64,000 nt of DNA from positions 1,284,042 through 1,348,041 of the forward strand of contig MU054098.1 of assembly GCA_013239625.1 (NCBI GenBank), given 5' to 3'. Position 1 is the stretch's first letter; each line of letters starts with the position of its first letter. This document shows positions 36,491-50,705 of this stretch, piece after piece. The DNA comes from Lama guanicoe. Taxonomy: Eukaryota. A program made the translations under genes and the position numbers. Below the pieces are notes generated by a model that saw only the letters and a list, made by a program, of their open reading frames with translations, was not told the DNA's origin and did not search any database.

Positions 36491-39400
36491 AAACAGTTGA
36501 ATCCTTAAGGGAGAGGAATCCTAGAAGTATAATCCATTGTCCTCATTATTATGTTTTGGTTTGAGTGCAAAATAAGCCAGCATTCATGATTTACAACCAG
36601 ATATCTTAGTACACAGGTGGGAACTGTAATCATTTTAAAAGTGCATAGGTTTGAAATGCAGTTTATTTTTTCCACAGTCACAAAATTACAGTTCCAAAAA
36701 ATGTCTTTACAAGTACTTGCTTCTTTTATAGAGTTCCTAAACATGTTCATGAACTGTGTTTTTGAAGCTATTTCTATACATTTTGTTAAAATGATGGAGA
36801 GGCTATTTTACAATTATGTTAGGTTTTCAGGTCTTATTGTTAAATGAATCAGTATCAACCAACATTGATCTTTCTTCTCTTAGATGGGAAGAGATATTAT
36901 GTGCAACTAAAAGTTTTAGGAAGAAATTCTGAGTCTATGTCTATTTACAAATGAAATAGACCAAAAGAAAAAAAAATGGTTGAACCATGGATCCAGAAGG
37001 GCAGAGCTGGAATTTGTGAAAAGATGTTTTAATTGTGAAACTCTTAATAACAGATTTACTCATTCAAAATATTTGTTGCATATTTATTTGTGTCCTAAAC
37101 TTCACTTTGTTTATTGAAATGAATTTTGTATAGGACCATTGCTATTTCAGCACTTAGCACCAAGTTGTTGGGACTACTGAATGAATGTCAAGCTAATTTA
37201 AATTGCTAATGAGTGTAAATATGTTGTACAATAGAAGACATTTACTTCAGTTTCCTTGTTTTAGGTCTGTTCATTTTGTTTGGAAACAGAAGAAAGGAAT
37301 AAAATGATATTAAATGTTAAAAATGCAATTAAATGATATTAGGAAATATTATATCACTACATGCAAATCAAAGCAACTCTATCACTCTCTATATGAGATA
37401 CACTCATACTGCCATGTCAGAATATGTTTGTCAGGAAATCTCACCCTCAACTTTTGAATTTGCTGCCATTCTGCTGCCAACTTTGCATACTATTCTGTTC
37501 ACAGAATACTAGTTACAAAATATTTTTAGACGCATAACATTTCAAACATTTGATTTTTCTTAATTAAAATTACTGGGCACGTGAAAGAGCTTTCTGACAA
37601 ACAAATGAGCAACACAACAAAGTGGCATTTATAGGACACTTCAGGTTCCCTTCAATGGTTTCCATGACAATAGCATCATTCCCCTTAGTGTAATCACTGA
37701 GTTATTATGTTTGCCTTCAAATCATCTCCTTATTCTCAAGTTGGCAGCTCTGATTGAGAGCAAGTATACCCTTTACTTGTCATTAAGCACATTGCAATAA
37801 GATTCAGTATGGTTTATAGTAGCACAGTTTCACCTATCTTATTATAAGTTTGTGAATGAAAGTTAAGAATGAAAGTTGAGTGACCAGGTTTCCTCTTGGG
37901 AAATTTCAATCTTTGCATGTGACTTAGACAACATATTTTAAAATATTTCTCTAAAGAATCCCCTTTTTGGGGAGGGAGTTCTAATTTTTATTTCTTCTTA
38001 CATAGGGATAGGGCTTAGCGGAAGATAACTATGTCACTTTTCCATTTTGCCAAATTCATCTTGGCCAAACGGTTTATTTCCTGTAGCTATTTTGTAGTTT
38101 GAATTGCGTTCATCTATAATTAGCTTTCACATATCCTGTCTCTCTAATCAGGTTCTTTATGGGTCCTGAAACACAGCTGGTATCCCCTAAGGGCTGGTAG
38201 AGGCAGTGAGATCATTAAATAGTTAAAAAGGGAATAACCGTATAAATACAACTTTCTGACTATACTAAATGTTATTAGATTTTAAAAACTTGGATCATTA
38301 TCTCCCTCATAATAACATGTATAGGCAAGCAGTAATTAGGAGGTTCCTTGAAAGTTTTCATCTAAGAATTTCTTGTCGCTTTTTAGTGGTGTCCTTATTA
38401 CACAACTATCACAGTAACTCATTACATTATGATCTAATGAATTCATTTGATATTTTTGTCCTTCATTCAACAGTTTTTTGGAATTTTCACAGAAGTGACT
38501 ACTTTCTTATTTGTACTGGGTTTGTGATACAAACATGGTGTTCATTGAGTGGCTCATATGTAATGGGGTTAGAAATACAAAAAAGGGAAATTAGTTCATC
38601 AATAATGTGAACCTGGTATGTAAATATTGGACATGTGAACACTCACTTGCGTTCACTTATTTTGGTAAGGAAAGCCTGTATTAGTTGCTAATATGACCAA
38701 AAAGAAAAAAAAAACAAGCAAATAAAATTAGCTTTACACGGAAGTAAAATATGCTGATTGGAAGGATGTCAGGAATGTGCCCTGACTCCAAATATCTTTA
38801 TTTCATGAGGTTTAACTATTACCAGTCCAGTAATTCTCTTTAGCTCAAAGTTCCCTTTGAATAGCAAGTTAATGATTCTTCAGAGCAAATGAGCCTATCA
38901 GGCTATTATTACAGATGAGGCTGAGAGAACATGAGAATACTGATGACCTGGGGATGGACAGGATGTTTGTAAAAGGAGAAAAAAAAATACAGGCTTTAAA
39001 GGAAAACACCTATTTTTGCATGTTCATTTGACACACATTCTTTAACTTTTAATTCTCCTTTGGAAGCTCATGTTCTAGCATTAGTTCAGAGTTGTACGAT
39101 TATTTCTAAGGTGATTATAGGTCAAATGAGAAACATTGTGGAAGTGTGAAATTCCTGCATGCCCTGACAAAAACATGTATTATGAATTTGTTCACTTCTG
39201 TTCATCTTTATATGAAGGAGTCATAGAGGAATGTCACTTGGTGATGCTTTAAGTTGCTGATTATTGTCTGTGCCACTGATGTCTTTCCCAATGGTCAAAA
39301 GAAATGTATAATGTTCCTATTTGAAATGACTCAGCAGGTGTTTTATTGGTCCTGGCAGCTGGAGTCTATCTGGTACAGAAAATCCAAAATACCAATTTCT

Positions 39401-41309
39401 ATATTTATATTTATAATAATTTGTTTAGTGTTTCAATGAGACAAGTTTTACCCTTTTAACAGCCAAGAGGACAGAGATATGATGACTTGGCAGCATTATT
39501 TCACATTATAGAGTAGAGACCCCCATTCACTTTCCATTTCCTTCCATAATTTCATTAAAATGTCATTTTTCTTATTATAATGTAGCTTCCCAAATATTAA
39601 AGACAGCCTTCTAAGACTGGTGATATCTGTAGAAGTGAACTTCTGTAAGTGAGCATATGCTAACATTTCAGTCAAGTCTCATGTATAATTTTGGTCAATC
39701 ATGTCTCTTCAAGTATGACAAGTACCTAAGAGCATCAGAAGGCAAGTGGACATGTCAGCAAAGTTTTGATTGGACAATTACATATTAAAGACCTTAAAAA
39801 AAGATTTTAGGATTTAAGTATTCAAGATACTTCTTTCAAAGAGACAAAAAAGTATACTCTCTGAGATGGGCATGAACAAACATATAGAGTTAAGCTTTTA
39901 TGAAGAAAAGTTCTTGAGACATATATAAATTGATAGGCATTTACTTTGCTAGTAAATCTGCAACTCACAACTTCCTCTCTAGAATTTCCAACTTTTGAAA
40001 ATAGTAAAAGCAAATCAATAACCTGGAGGCTATTGAACCTACACTTCAACTGAGGTTCTATCCCTAGAAAAGGACATGGGGGAGGTTAATACTAAATGTT
40101 TCAGTAATTGGGAACTCTGAGGTCCTGTGGATACTAAACCACCTGAATATAGAGAAGTAAATGCTGTAACACTTTGACATCTTCTTGCTTTGTGACATGA
40201 CTAAGTTACCGCAAAAGACAAATTCAAGCTCCACTGGCACTAGTTCAAACCATAGTGAACAACTTTGGAGGATGCTTCTCTTTGTCCCAAACAGGGAGAA
40301 ATTAGAGATTAGAAATCTTATTAAGGGTTTCACTAAACTCACAAAGCAGAAAGAGGCGAAGCCTAGTAAATCAATTAGGATAGATCAGGAAATCAGAGTC
40401 ACTCCATATACTCAAAGTGGGAAAGTTTTAATTGGGGGAATTTGAAGTTGTTCAATTTTTGCAAGGAAGAGCCAGGGGAGCAGAGGTCAGGAAAGTTACA
40501 ACCAACCATCTCAGCCTTCCACACTGAAGCAGATGATTCTTCTAAACTCATCTCCAAATCACAGAAAATCCTCAGAAAATTCAGAAGGTTCCCCAAGTAT
40601 TTAAATCTGTAGCAGTAAAGTGAGTGGTTCTTAAGAATGCTTCCTGCAGTCTGGACGGTTCTCACCAACTATTTAGGTGTGTATCATGGACCCATGAACT
40701 TAAGAAGTTCTCCTACAAGTTCCTTCAAACCTCATGACTACCCACGTGTCTGCCTACAGTTGCTTCCAGGGAGTAATGACCTCTCCTTCTCTTATGCTTT
40801 CCAAATCTTTTCTTCCTTTCATTAACAATTTTTAAACAGGAAAACAAATGGAAAGGGACTTCTGGGAAATGTGGTTCCCAGCTCCTCTTCTTTATGGCAT
40901 AGGAGACTTCATGAGGGTGGTTGATGTAGAGTTAAAAATAAACAGTATACCATACTTATTCAGATGTAGGTAATAATGGATTTTTTTTTCTATCAGCATA
41001 AGGGACGGCAGTGATAATAGTTAGAGAGGCCCAGAATGAGAGCATAGGGATTTCTGGGAGCTGAGATATCGCCAAAATGAAACAACATGGCCACTAGAGG
41101 GGCAGCATTCAGTCAAGTGGGACATGGACTGTCGTCCTACTTTTTACCAAAAAAAAAAAAACATTCCTTTTGTCGGTGGTGACATCCTAGTATGCTTTCA
41201 TGCCAAGGCCTATTTAACTTAGCACACACAGAAGCAACTTCAAGTAACAAAACAGATTAAAGGTTAAGACAAGACATAAAAGAAGGCAGTAAACCATAAG
41301 CTTTAAAAG

Positions 41310-41780
41310 AAAGCCTATATATCTGGGCGAGGTTGCTATGTTCTCTGTAGCTCAACCAGCAAATCAATCGTAACCGGAAGATAAATTTAGTCGTTCTGAC
41401 TGTTGGACTGAAAAAGGCTCAAGGATTTGAGTTTCGAAGATTAGAACTGAAAGTATCCAGTCTATTTTCCTTCTCATTCATAAACTCGAAGCAATCTGTT
41501 GACTTGGAGAGAGGGGCAAGTTTTATCACTACTGGCTCCCCACTTTCTGGAGTGGGTCTCTTCCCTTTAAGCAAACAGAGGAGAAGAGCAATGTCGTCGA
41601 CAGGTAAATGGTTTAGGAGAACGTGTGCAGTTGTAATAGTTGTTGATACTAAAAGGAAATGTTTTATTTTAGTTTCTCTACACTCCAGCTGGCAATCCCA
41701 TGGCATCGCCCCGAATGTTGGTTTCAGCATTATTTGGAAATTTTATTGTTACAGTATAACATTTAGAAAAACTAACCGAT
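41310..41780. promoter_or_regulatory. CpG-retaining unique segment, candidate promoter/first exon
   Basis: 12 CpG in about 455 bp vs 2 in 38701-39900; TATATA, half X-box, TAACCGGAAG, CAG|GTAAAT donor. Confidence 0.35.
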
Positions 41781-41849
41781 ATGTTTTCTATTTTCTAGAA
41801 TGTCCTTCTTTGTTGAAGCTCTCTCTATTTCAAATGAGACCTTGACATT

Positions 41850-42760
41850 CATTGCCTCAGGACATAAAGGTTACAGAAGAAATGCAGAGAAAAAAAATCA
41901 ACTTAAAATCTATTTTGGGGCTAGTGGCAGAGAAACTGGTTAGAGAGGAAACTATTTTTGACTTCCAAAAGCCCAGGCATTGAGAATCAGAGGCCGAAGC
42001 CATAAAAAAATTGATATGGAAGAATGCATAATGATATACAAGCAAATTCTCTTACAGCAAAGGACATAAAAGATCCTCTGAACTAGAGGAGGACTGAAAA
42101 TATATGAAAGAGAAGCAAGATAGTAAAACTCTGCTTAGCACCTCTGGCAAGTGATTCGGAGAATTTTTCCCCCCAGCTGTGTCCTTAAGGTGGGGAGAAC
42201 AGAGACTTCAAATGGGCTTAGGGATTTGAAAGAATAGAGGTTTGATGCTTTACACCTCAGATGAAGCCCAAGGAGGTCACAGACTTTGAAAAATTCTCTG
42301 GTGCCACCATGGTTCAGCAGTATTGCCTTAGAAATGGTGATGTGGTATATTTAGAATAGAAGGCCTGAAACTGTTCCCGTGATCTCCTGAGGCCCAAGAG
42401 ACGGATGGGAAGTACACAAATATTTCCTATTTCCCATGAGTGGAAAACATGGTAATGAAGAGATGACAGCCCTAAAGATGACAGAATTAGGAAGATACAG
42501 TATCTCGAATGGACAAACAACTGAGTATCATATGGATTTCAGCAGATGCTAGAAGGAGTATTTGCCAAGAACTAAGAGACAGATACTCCTTTCCCAGCAA
42601 TGCCGTGGCATTACATGAACTCTTGGAGCTTTGATGTAACCCTGGGGAGAGTGTAAGGTATGCGGAGAAAATATAATTTGACTGAATAAAGTTTAGATTA
42701 ATTGAGTTTAGTCTGAATCATCTAAGATGAAATGTTCAACCCCAGAGAGAATGAGGCCTC
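41850..42760 (+). mobile_element. Probable ancient LTR (MamGypLTR/LTR78-like)
   Basis: aactcttggagctttgatgtaaccctggggaga...ttgactga resembles the 3' part of these LTRs from memory; highly diverged. Confidence 0.4.
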
Positions 42761-43832
42761 AAGAAACAAATTTTTTTTAGGGGAAAAATTTATTTTTCAT
42801 ATTGAAGCTTGTGTTTTATGTACTTTATACTGACTGTTATATTCTACACTATAAACAGAGGACATAAATGACACATAAAATAAGAGAGATCATCAACATT
42901 ATTTCATCTACAACCATCAAATATTGTGGAATTAAAAAAACAATATCCATGAGATCCAAGTCACAGAAATGAGCTACATTTTCTGTTTCAAAAGACAGTA
43001 GTCATTGCACATTAATGGATACCTAATGGGCACTTTTTTGCCCAGTGCCTCAGAAAAATAGGTGATAATGTGATCTGACTTACCCTATTTCTTAGCATGG
43101 ATTTTCTCTTTAAAATGTGGCAGAATGTGACGTAGTGTTTTTAAGATAATTTGCATAAATATTGATGATTGTAAATTGAAATGGAATCCTCGAGAATATT
43201 TACCTGATTCCCTACATGTAGTTATTATTAATAATTTATATAATCAAATATGATACCTGCCTTTGTCATTATAACTTGTACAAGTTACATTTCCTACCAT
43301 TTTGGCCAGGTGGCTCCAAAGCTCTCATAGTGGCTCATCCAGAGACCAGGCAATTGCCCTGCTGTACCTAGGGAACAGGGTCTATTAAGCTGTGAGCTTT
43401 GGCTCAGGTTGGTCTAGGAATAGAAATATTTTATTTTATTACATTTGCATATGATATTTCATTTTTAAGCTTTGGTTGTGATTAATGTGTTTCTTACAAA
43501 ATTTCTTGCATGAATGAAGATTACATTAAGCCTTAACTATGTAAATCAGTGACCTTTTATATTTTTGGTTGATGTAGCGAGAGTTATGATAAGCCTTTCT
43601 ATCCATAGATATATCAAGAATTCTAGGATATTCATCCAAGTCACCAGGAGTCTCATTTGCAAGAGTCTCTCAGGTCCCAAGGAAGAAAACGTGAAGGGGA
43701 CTTTACTAGGATATTTGTCATGTCTCTGAACCCCCCAAATTAAGAACCTTGAACAAAAGGCAAAGGTTTCCAGAATCCTGAGCCACACTATAGGCATAGG
43801 TCTTGAAAATTCAGGGAACTACTTTTATTTAA

Positions 43833-43856
43833 AACACACACACACACACACACACC
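43833..43856. repeat. (AC)n microsatellite
   Basis: Read directly from sequence. Confidence 0.95.
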
Positions 43857-45789
43857 AACAACAGAAGTTTGTGCTACAACATCAGGACTGACTGAGAAAC
43901 TTTAGTGCTATTGCACAGTTTCTGGATTTGGCAGACATTTCCCAACAGAGGGTGCTGTGAACCTAAAAGAGGAAGGTTAACTTCCAGGGTACAAAAGAAT
44001 TGCGGGCTCTTAGAAGCGAAGTCCTCTACGGTTGACTGGAAAAATTCCTTCTGCCCGGCACAGAAATCACTGTGAATCTCGCTTTAGCAGTTTGGGGTTT
44101 GGTGGCAGATTCAGAGCTGCTACATAACGTAACTAAGCCTACCGCACCAGCAGGGACAAGTGGCCGCATGATGACCGACCTTCCACAGGGACATAGGACT
44201 GTCTCCTTTTTGATCAATTCTCTGTTTTCAGAGGGAAGTGAAATGTAGGAGCAGAGGATACAGATTTTTCCCAGTCTGAATTTCAGTAGAATTTAAAGTA
44301 GGTAACATCCAGAACCCAACAGATCTGTGACCATAATTCAATAATTCAGTATTTTTCAGTAATACGACCTTGGAAATCAATCTATATGCTTAAAAATATC
44401 AAAAACAATTCGTTTCATAATGAGAAGAAAATCTGCAAAATGAATGCTTTTTGGTGAAGGTATAGGGTTGGAGAATGTCAGCAAAATTTGCTCAGTAAGT
44501 TCTTTTTTGTGCTCATAGCTTAAATCAAGAAATCAAATCCAAGTTAACCAATTGGTATCATACTGTCATACAATGATGGACTGAGAAATTTTGGTGCATA
44601 TGTACCATGCTAGGTATCAGGAATACACAAATGACTTAGATGCTTTTTCTGCCTCCTCTAAAGACAAAACCAAACCTTGATATTATCTCTTCTCATTGTA
44701 GCCATTACCTGAAGTTTGACCTGTAGTTAAGACATAGAGACAGAAAAAAAAAATGCATACATGTTTTTCTTAATTATTTGTATTTGTATTTTTAAGAGGT
44801 GATAGACACCAGGGAAACTTTGCAATCAGATATTTTTCAGGAGCTTTAGAAAATTCTGTCTCAAGCATTCATGCATAATACTGCAGAAAATTTAGGAAAT
44901 TTCTGTTAAAGACTCACAAATGGTAGAACTGAATCTCAGCTTTTCAAGTTTATAGATCCATCCTCCCACCTTGATTACTGGTATTGAGTGCAATCATTCT
45001 CTAGAGCAGATAACTGCGTTTGTGTGTGTTGAGGGTAGCGGTATCCCGTTACTTGCTTGACTAGTAACAGGTATTTATCTTGGTAATTACTAAAATTTTA
45101 TTCTTTGCCGTGTATTCACTTCATGAACAAAGTACAATATAAAAATATAATTCCAACATAAACAAATAGTATGGCACAAGTTAAAAGGACACATTTTTCA
45201 GACCTACTTTAACACCCTATGTTAAGAAAAAAGGTCACAGGAGACTCTGGAACCCGGAGAGAGGAGTTGTCAGTGGGCCACACAGACAGGTAAAGCCACA
45301 GTCCTCTGTTAGGAGATGTCCCTGCTACTATGGAAAGTGAACTTGTCACCACTGATCCCACTGTAATATCATCCTAGAAAGGAATCTTGTACAGTCACCA
45401 GCCTGGTTACCATTGCTCCTGAACGGGGGACAAATGGTTTTCTCTCCTCTGTTGGAAACATATTCAGGAGAGGATTCGAGGGTCCATCTCAGGAGTGTAG
45501 GATGGAATTCCTTAACATTCTTCCCTGTGTCTAATTCAGGCCACTGTGGCAGTATTTAAGTGTGTTCAGTTCACACTGGAGCCACCAGTAGGGACACCTA
45601 ATCAAGACCTTTTTTAAAAATAAGCATTCATAAACAATTTAAGGATAGCCTTAAGTTACTCTTTGGTGTTCTGTTTTTTAGGTGAAGTTCTGTCAATTCA
45701 TCTTTCCCCCAATACCTTTGTTGACTCAGATCACTTCTGCTTAAAGCAAGATTTTGTTGGTTGTTTTTCTACAAAGTTGGTGGGGAAGA

Positions 45790-45940
45790 CAGAGTCCTGG
45801 AGGCTGGCTGTGCCCCAAGCCTGTGTACAACCTTGAACAGAGCTGTTTTCTTCACTGTGCTTCAGTGTCCTCATCTATTACATGAAGTGGCTGTACTAGA
45901 TGATCTCCAGGGTCTTTACAAGCACTAACATGTATATTCC
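45790..45940 (+). mobile_element. MIR/MIR3
   Basis: cttcagtgtcctcatctatta...tactagatgatctccagggtc. Confidence 0.7.
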
Positions 45941-47489
45941 AGTCTATGAACCTTTGGATGAACATATACCCTCTACCCAGAGCTGTGCAGGGCATTGTGA
46001 GGCTCACAGACCGATAGTATAAATGAATGTTTAAACCTTTTTTCTTTTGATTGTCCCCTGGTCCTCTTCAAAAGTAAAGAAATAACACCTCATTGTGCTA
46101 TAGCCTGCTATAGAATCTGACCAAGTGCAGAAAGCAGCAACAAGCTACATGAAGACAGACACCTACTCTGCTGTGTTCAAAGACAGAGGCCCATGGCCCA
46201 GTACCACATCCAGCACCAAGAAGGTGCTCAATACAAGTTATCTGAACAAGTACATTAGTGAATAAATGATGTCCCCAGCTGAGAGAAAGGTCAATGTGAT
46301 CAGAGAAGAGATGCAGCTGCCTGAAATGGACCTCGAGGCCCACCTTGAAGGTTTTCCTGGATCCCATGGCACTCTGACAGCCTTGAATGGCCTTCTCTTC
46401 CTGGAATGGTCTCTCAGATTGACTAAGAGTTGCATGAGGTACAGGAAGTAGGGAAGAAAAGACTCATCACCCTCTCAGATTGTCTCTACCCATCCACAGA
46501 ATGTTCTTCAAGAAAGGCAGTTGTAATCCAATGCCAAATAGAGCCCTTTATTTTTCAATTACAATCAGGAGATGACCGAACACTACCGAAAAGATACACA
46601 TGAAGGTTTATGGTTCTGTTTTAGCAAGTAGATGTTACACATTTACAGGCAGCACACTAAATTAAGAATAAGAATAAATTAAAACTAAAAGCTTGAACAA
46701 TGAAAAAAGAGAAAAAAGGCTAATTTGTAATGACATTTCTCAAATGATGAGCTAATTCTAGAGATAATCCCCAACTTGTACAACAAATCTATGTTAATAT
46801 TCTTAGGTACTTAGGTGAATGGAAATCCATAAACTGGTGATTCGGTTGGAATGTTAATCTCCTGTTACCCTAATCCATTTTAAGAAAAGTAAACTCAAGA
46901 ATAACACAAAGCTCTCAGCCCTCCACTTCTGATGTTTTAACTGCTAGAAAAAATTGCAAGGGCATAAAACAAGAATGATGAACGAGTTTATTATAGTTTT
47001 TCCTTGTCATTCCAATTTATACTTTTCTCAGCCTGGCATATCTGTCTAAACGGGGAATGCTCTGTAATATGCGAAAATCTCACAGTGGTGTCATCAGCAG
47101 AAAGAGCGTATGCATTTAAATGGGTTTGTTTAATCTCATATTCTACATGCAGAGTTATATCTTGAATAAAGACTCACCAAACAGAAACCATAGCCCTCAA
47201 AGATTCCATGACTGTGGAAAAAACTCACATAGTAACAGAAGTGTATCATTTAGAGAGAGATGAAGCTAACAGAGAGTATTTTAATCTTTTAGTTCCCCTC
47301 TTATAGATTGTTTCAGAGAGTGTATAAACAACAAAGTAAGATGTGAAAAAAGAAAGTTCCGAGATAATTGTTACATCTTGAAAAGTCTTACCCTTTTGAT
47401 TCAGTAGAGTTATGGTGGTGGCCAGAACAAAGATGATGGCAGTAGTCAAAACAAAATTAAGACAGATTACAGAGATTTTGGAGACAGAC

Positions 47490-48640
47490 TGTTTTCAGTC
47501 CCCTTTGTTGGTCCCTCTTCCTCTTCCTGACCACTGAATGTTGGAGTTTTACAGTGCTCAGTTCTGGCATCTCCCTATACTCTTTCTCTGGAAGCTCTCA
47601 GTCAAACTTATGGCCACAAATGCTACGTATAGCCCAAATTTCCCAAATCACCGTATTCATCTTTGACCTATCGTTGGAATTTCTAGGTTTATATTCCTTC
47701 TACTTACCTGACATCTCTACTTGGATGTCTCATGGGCATCTCAAATTTAACTTTACCTCCTATCTTCACCTACCTTTTCTTTTTCAGTTTTTTATATCTC
47801 AGTAAATGGCAATCAAATATAGTAGTTTTTTAAATTAGAACTCTTCTAGTCATCAATATTTTCCTCTCTACTACTTCACATGTATAATTCAGTAGTGTGT
47901 ACTGCTATTTCTAATTTCTAAATATATATCCAACATATCCATTTCTCTTCATCTGTACTACCACCTGTATAGTTTTGGCCACCATCATCTATCTCAGAGG
48001 CCACTGCTAGAGTCACCTAAATGGTCTTTGTACTTCTCTTGACCCCTCTAATCACTGCTACCTGTGGCAGTCAGGTAAGTCTTTTAAAAATATAAATTGT
48101 ATCACATTGCTCTATTGATTAAAACCTTTTCATGGCTTTTCTACACACTTAGAATAAAATCCAAATTAAAATCCATGGCCTACAAGGCCTATTTAAGATC
48201 TCCCTCTACAACTCAATGTGGGCTACTATCATAATCGTTTCACTTCTCCCCAGTCATACAGGCCTCCTTTCAGTTCATTGAACACAACAGGCTTTCCCCC
48301 ACTTCAGGGCTTTCGTACATGCTCATTCTTCCATCTAGAATATGCTTTCCTCTCTTGCTTGTAGGAGTGGGTCATTATCATTCTTTGGGTCTCACCTTAA
48401 ATGTTAACTCCTCAGATACACCTTCCCTGATACCATATCTAATGTAGGGCCCTCACTATACTCCATTGCTTGTGTATATTAATTTCTTTCACAGATCTTA
48501 CTAATTTTAATTATGCAATTATATGATTACTTAAATATTTATTTTGTCCCCCCTATTAGAACATAAACTCAGGCACCATATTTGTTTTATTCACCAATAC
48601 ATACTCATAACTTAAAAGGCTCTCAATAAGTAAATCAATA
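47490..48640 (+). mobile_element. L2a-like LINE, about 1.15 kb 3' part
   Basis: gacatctctacttggatgtctcatgggcatctcaaatttaac; cacacttagaataaaatccaaa; catggcctacaaggcc; ctcagatacaccttccctga. Confidence 0.88.
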
Positions 48641-49599
48641 AACTAGGACCAGAATTTAATCCAGTGTTCTTTGCACCTCATTATATTTGAGTGCAATCTG
48701 GCTCCACGGTCTGAGCACTTAACTACCACACAATACTCTCTAAATGTAGATTTTGTCATAGTTACAGGGCTTGGAGTTAGCACTATACTCCAGAGTATGC
48801 AAGGTTAATTTCCTTGAAGTTTGGAGCTGCCATATCTGGGCCACTTGTGATGGACCTCTTTTCACCATGACTAAATCATCTGCATTAATGTTTTATTTGT
48901 CCTCCTTATTATAAGCCTCTTCTTGGTTGGGAGCCATGGCTCTGTGCTCATACCCAAAACAAAATATAGGTGTTCATTATTTTTATTCTGTGGAAGAGTG
49001 AGGGAAGGGCCCAATGGAAATTTTCTGATAACTATTAACATAACTGTTTATTGTCCCAGTTAAGTTGCTTAATTGTCTGCTTTGAAGACACAGATACAGG
49101 TTTTTAGGGATATTAGAAGCCAGTGCACTGCACTGACTCCAAGGAGCCTGAGCATTTTTAAATGAGTATTTAAATGGCTGACAAATAGAGTGTTGAATGG
49201 GGAAACTCATCACTTCTGCTAAGGAAGGGCAAGATGTCACAATTATTATCATTCCTCCATTAGAAACAAATCTGTTGGTGGACAAGGAGGTTAATGGCTT
49301 TGGGCAAAGGCCATAAGTAGAATGAAAGTTAAAAACCAAGAAAGATATCATACAGTTTTCAGAAGACCTTAGCACAACTGCTAAGTATGTGGTACCTCGG
49401 GCACTTTGTTGATTTAGGCTGAACTACATTCAGGGGAGAGTGTAAAAATTGCTGAGATAAAATCTATAAAGATTTCAGAGCACCACAAGATCATGACTAA
49501 CAATAGCTTGATATAAAACCCACTTCAGGGCAATTTAATAAACTGCTCCAATTTGACTGGGTTCAAAGAGTAGCCAAGAGATCTTATTAAGACATGAGC

Positions 49600-50460
49600 T
49601 ACGCCATGCCTTGTCTCCTAAGTTCCAGATCCATCTTCCAAAGACATTTGCACTTAGTAGCTAAATACGCACTTCACACCCAAAATATCTAAAACCAAAG
49701 TTAACAGTTTTTATTATCCATTGCTCCCCAATATATTCCTCACCCTTAGAAACTGTTTCCTCTACTGGAATATGGAAAGAATACCCAATTTAAAACATGA
49801 GATGCCCTTTGTCTCCATATGGAAGATATATCACAACCATCCCATGAAACCAATCCTTGGGTCCTCCTCCTCTCTCACCCTAATAGTCACTCAATCAGCA
49901 AGGATTGCTGACTCTGCTTCCTTAACATCTCTGTATTTCTCCTACTTATCCCCATCCAATTGCCACTACAAGAGCCTCTTAACAATTCTTATTTTCAATA
50001 TCTTTACTATATTGCAGCCAAAGTAATCATTTAAAAATGTGAATGTGATCCAATCATTCTGCTTAGAACCCATCAAAATTTCCCACTGCCAAAAACATGG
50101 TAAAGTCTAAATTTCTTGATATGTATTACAAGGACCTTTGTGATCTTTCCCTTGTCATCATCCTCTATATTGAATTCCCCTCAGTTCTTTGAATTCACCA
50201 TATGCTCTCTTTTTCTCGTGGCTGCTCTCTTTTTAAGAACACTGTTACTCCTATAACATGCCTTCACACTCTGCCTGGCTAACTCCTACTCATCTTCCAT
50301 ATCTAATTTTAGAATATCTCTAATGAAACCTTCCCTGATTCCCCTGAGGGCTGGTTAGTTACCTCAGTGATCATACAATACGATAACTGCCTCCACTACT
50401 TAAAAATATCTTCAACTCTGTACTTCCAGCTCCCAGCAAAGGGCTTGACATCTAATAAAA
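49600..50460 (+). mobile_element. L2 fragment
   Basis: atatctaaaaccaaa; cctggctaactcctactcatcttc; tgaaaccttccctga. Confidence 0.75.
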
Positions 50461-50469
50461 TTAAAAACC

Positions 50470-50705
50470 ATAGTAATAATAAATGACATCAGCATTTTTG
50501 TGTTCCAAGTATGTTACATGTATTGTTTAACTCTCACAAATACCACATTCAGTAGGTACCATTACTATCTCCATTTTCCAAATAAGGAAACTAAGACATG
50601 GCATTGTTAAATTACGTGTGCCACATGGTCAAACTGCAAGAACAACAAATATTTGAACTCAGGTAGTCTGGCTCCATAGTCTGGGCATTTAATTACCGCA
50701 GAATA
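50470..50705 (-). mobile_element. MIR SINE
   Basis: ccattttccaaataaggaaactaag...tttgaactcaggtagtctggctcca. Confidence 0.85.

Noticed and set aside
41088..41107. CTCF site tggccactagaggggcagca
   Set aside because: One extra G relative to the CCACYAGRKGGCR core breaks the spacing; may be a decayed site
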